The position numbers and the translations under genes were made by a program. The notes under the pieces were generated by a model. That model was not told the DNA's origin and ran no database searches. It saw nothing but the letters and a program-made list of their open reading frames with translations. Shown here in pieces: positions 62,346 to 64,000 of a DNA stretch of 64,000 nucleotides. Source of the DNA: Octopus sinensis (taxonomy: Eukaryota); NCBI RefSeq assembly GCF_006345805.1, contig NC_043000.1:90830001-90894000 (forward strand). Reading direction: 5' to 3'. Positions within the stretch are counted from its first letter, which is position 1. The number at the start of each line of letters is the position of its first letter.

Positions 62346-62869
62346 AGATAGACATACAATATGGATACACAACACTAATGCAAGTTAAATTTTGCTCCGC
62401 AAATAATGAATGGTTGTTCACCGGTGGTACATGTTGACTGAATCCGTAAACAAAAGGTAAATCAGTTATTGAATAAACCAGTGCAAGTATATTTATACAT
62501 AGTTATTTCATATGCTAAGATAATATATATGTACAATTAACATATAAATACTGAAAAATACCACACAAGTTACAGACAGTACTAACACGTATGTGGTAGA
62601 AAAATGGCACTATATTATAGTATTCTCTGAAGTAATAAGGAATTGTCCACGGAATAAGGAACTTATACGGAAAATCTCCCCAACTGAAGAACTCCAGTCC
62701 AAATGTATCAAGGTTCCTTTTATGTATACACGTCAATTTTAACAACTCCGAAGGAATGGTAAGTAATCATTCCAGTGAGATTTGACCATAAACTATTAGT
62801 GGACGAGAAAACAAATTATTTAATCTGGTGTTTTACAGCTTGCTACCATCTCATACATTTGTATACTCC

Positions 62870-63310
62870 GGTACTATTGATTTCAAATTTTGGCACAAGG
62901 CCAGAAATTACTGGGAAGGGGTTAAATTGATACATCGCCCTCAGCGCTCAACTGGCACTTATTTTATCAACTCCACAAGGAAAGGCAAAATGTATCTCGG
63001 CGGAATTTGAACTCAGAACGTAATGACAGACGAAATACCTCTAAGCATTTTACCCGGCGTGCTAACGATTCTGCCCCCTCACCTATAATTTTGTACTATT
63101 AGTTTAAAATTTCGGCACAAGACCAGCAATATCAGGGGAGGGGATAAATCGATTACATCGACCCCTAGTGTTCAAATATTACTTTTTTATTCACCTAAAA
63201 ATGATGAAAGGAAAAAAAAAAAAATTCGATGCCGGCGAAATGTGAACTCGGATCGTAAATACTGTTAAGTACTTCCGCCAGCGTACTAATGATCCTACTA
63301 GCTAGCCACC
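62870..63310 (-). mobile_element. Two tandem OK-like SINE copies
   Basis: Two ggcacaag tails (62892, 63115) and two heads (..ctaacgattctgccc.., ..cgtactaatgatcctactagctagccacc). Confidence 0.75.
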
Positions 63311-64000
63311 TTTGCATACTTCCGTAATATTAATTCGTATTAGATATTCAGTAATAAGCTGGTGATAATATGAATATTAATTCTCCTCATGATAAATCAA
63401 TAGTGATATTAATATTTTGTCCTATATGATAAATTGATGATAATAGCAATTTTACGTCTTCTGTCAATATTATACTATTAGTATCTAAGTTCTATATATG
63501 ATAAATATTAATATATAGTGTATATTAATATCCAGTCTGCCATGATAAATTAGTCATGATAATACACTATGATATATTAAATATTATACTAATGTTACAG
63601 TCATCCTAAATTAATGAAAACTGGTGGAGGTAATCTCTTAGGCTGGCTACAGTGGCTTAGGGCTGTTAAGATATTAGTTTCGAAACATATAACGGTTATT
63701 TCTACTACCACCACCACCACCACCACCACCACCACCACCACCACCACCACTACCGTTGACACTGTCACTACTACCAATAGAGTCACATCAAGTACTATAA
63801 CTTCTATCTGTGACAAGTACCTTTCTCAACATAGAATTATCACAACTCTTGTGCAACCACCACTACCACGATCACTATTTTCCGTTCATTTGCCTCAATA
63901 CCACTTGGAACACAGCGGAAACACTAAAATCTGGTTCGCAATACGTTAAAAAATTACATTTAATATTTTAATATCAATTTTAAGCCATATCCATGACTAA

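Overview
AT-rich, microsatellite-saturated animal DNA; the SINE families and repeat landscape point to an octopod cephalopod (Octopus sp.), which is inference from recalled repeat consensus, not a database hit. Nearly all supplied ORFs are translations of simple repeats. The window is mostly intergenic or intronic. It holds more than 30 tRNA-derived SINE copies of two or three families; decayed LINEs (R4/Dong-like RLE, RTE, CR1/L2-like, Penelope-like remnants); Tc1/mariner (maT-like) transposase relics; several MITEs or foldbacks; and three copies of an unclassified ~550-bp (ATT)n-associated repeat. Host-gene evidence is limited to a few splice-flanked, frame-compatible candidate exons (best: 17419-17502 and 18501-18613, + strand) that I cannot name. 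The most notable items are: (i) a near full-length U6 snRNA copy 4 nt upstream of a 119-nt 5S rRNA copy, which runs into a SINE 3' half (1131-1519, - strand); (ii) several minimal type-I hammerhead ribozyme motifs from at least four repeat families, two with an unmutated catalytic core (248-290, 23302-23346); (iii) two SINE clusters with three copies of one target-site duplication; (iv) a PHD-type zinc finger inside the RT domain of an RTE LINE; and (v) several large palindromes or inverted duplications.
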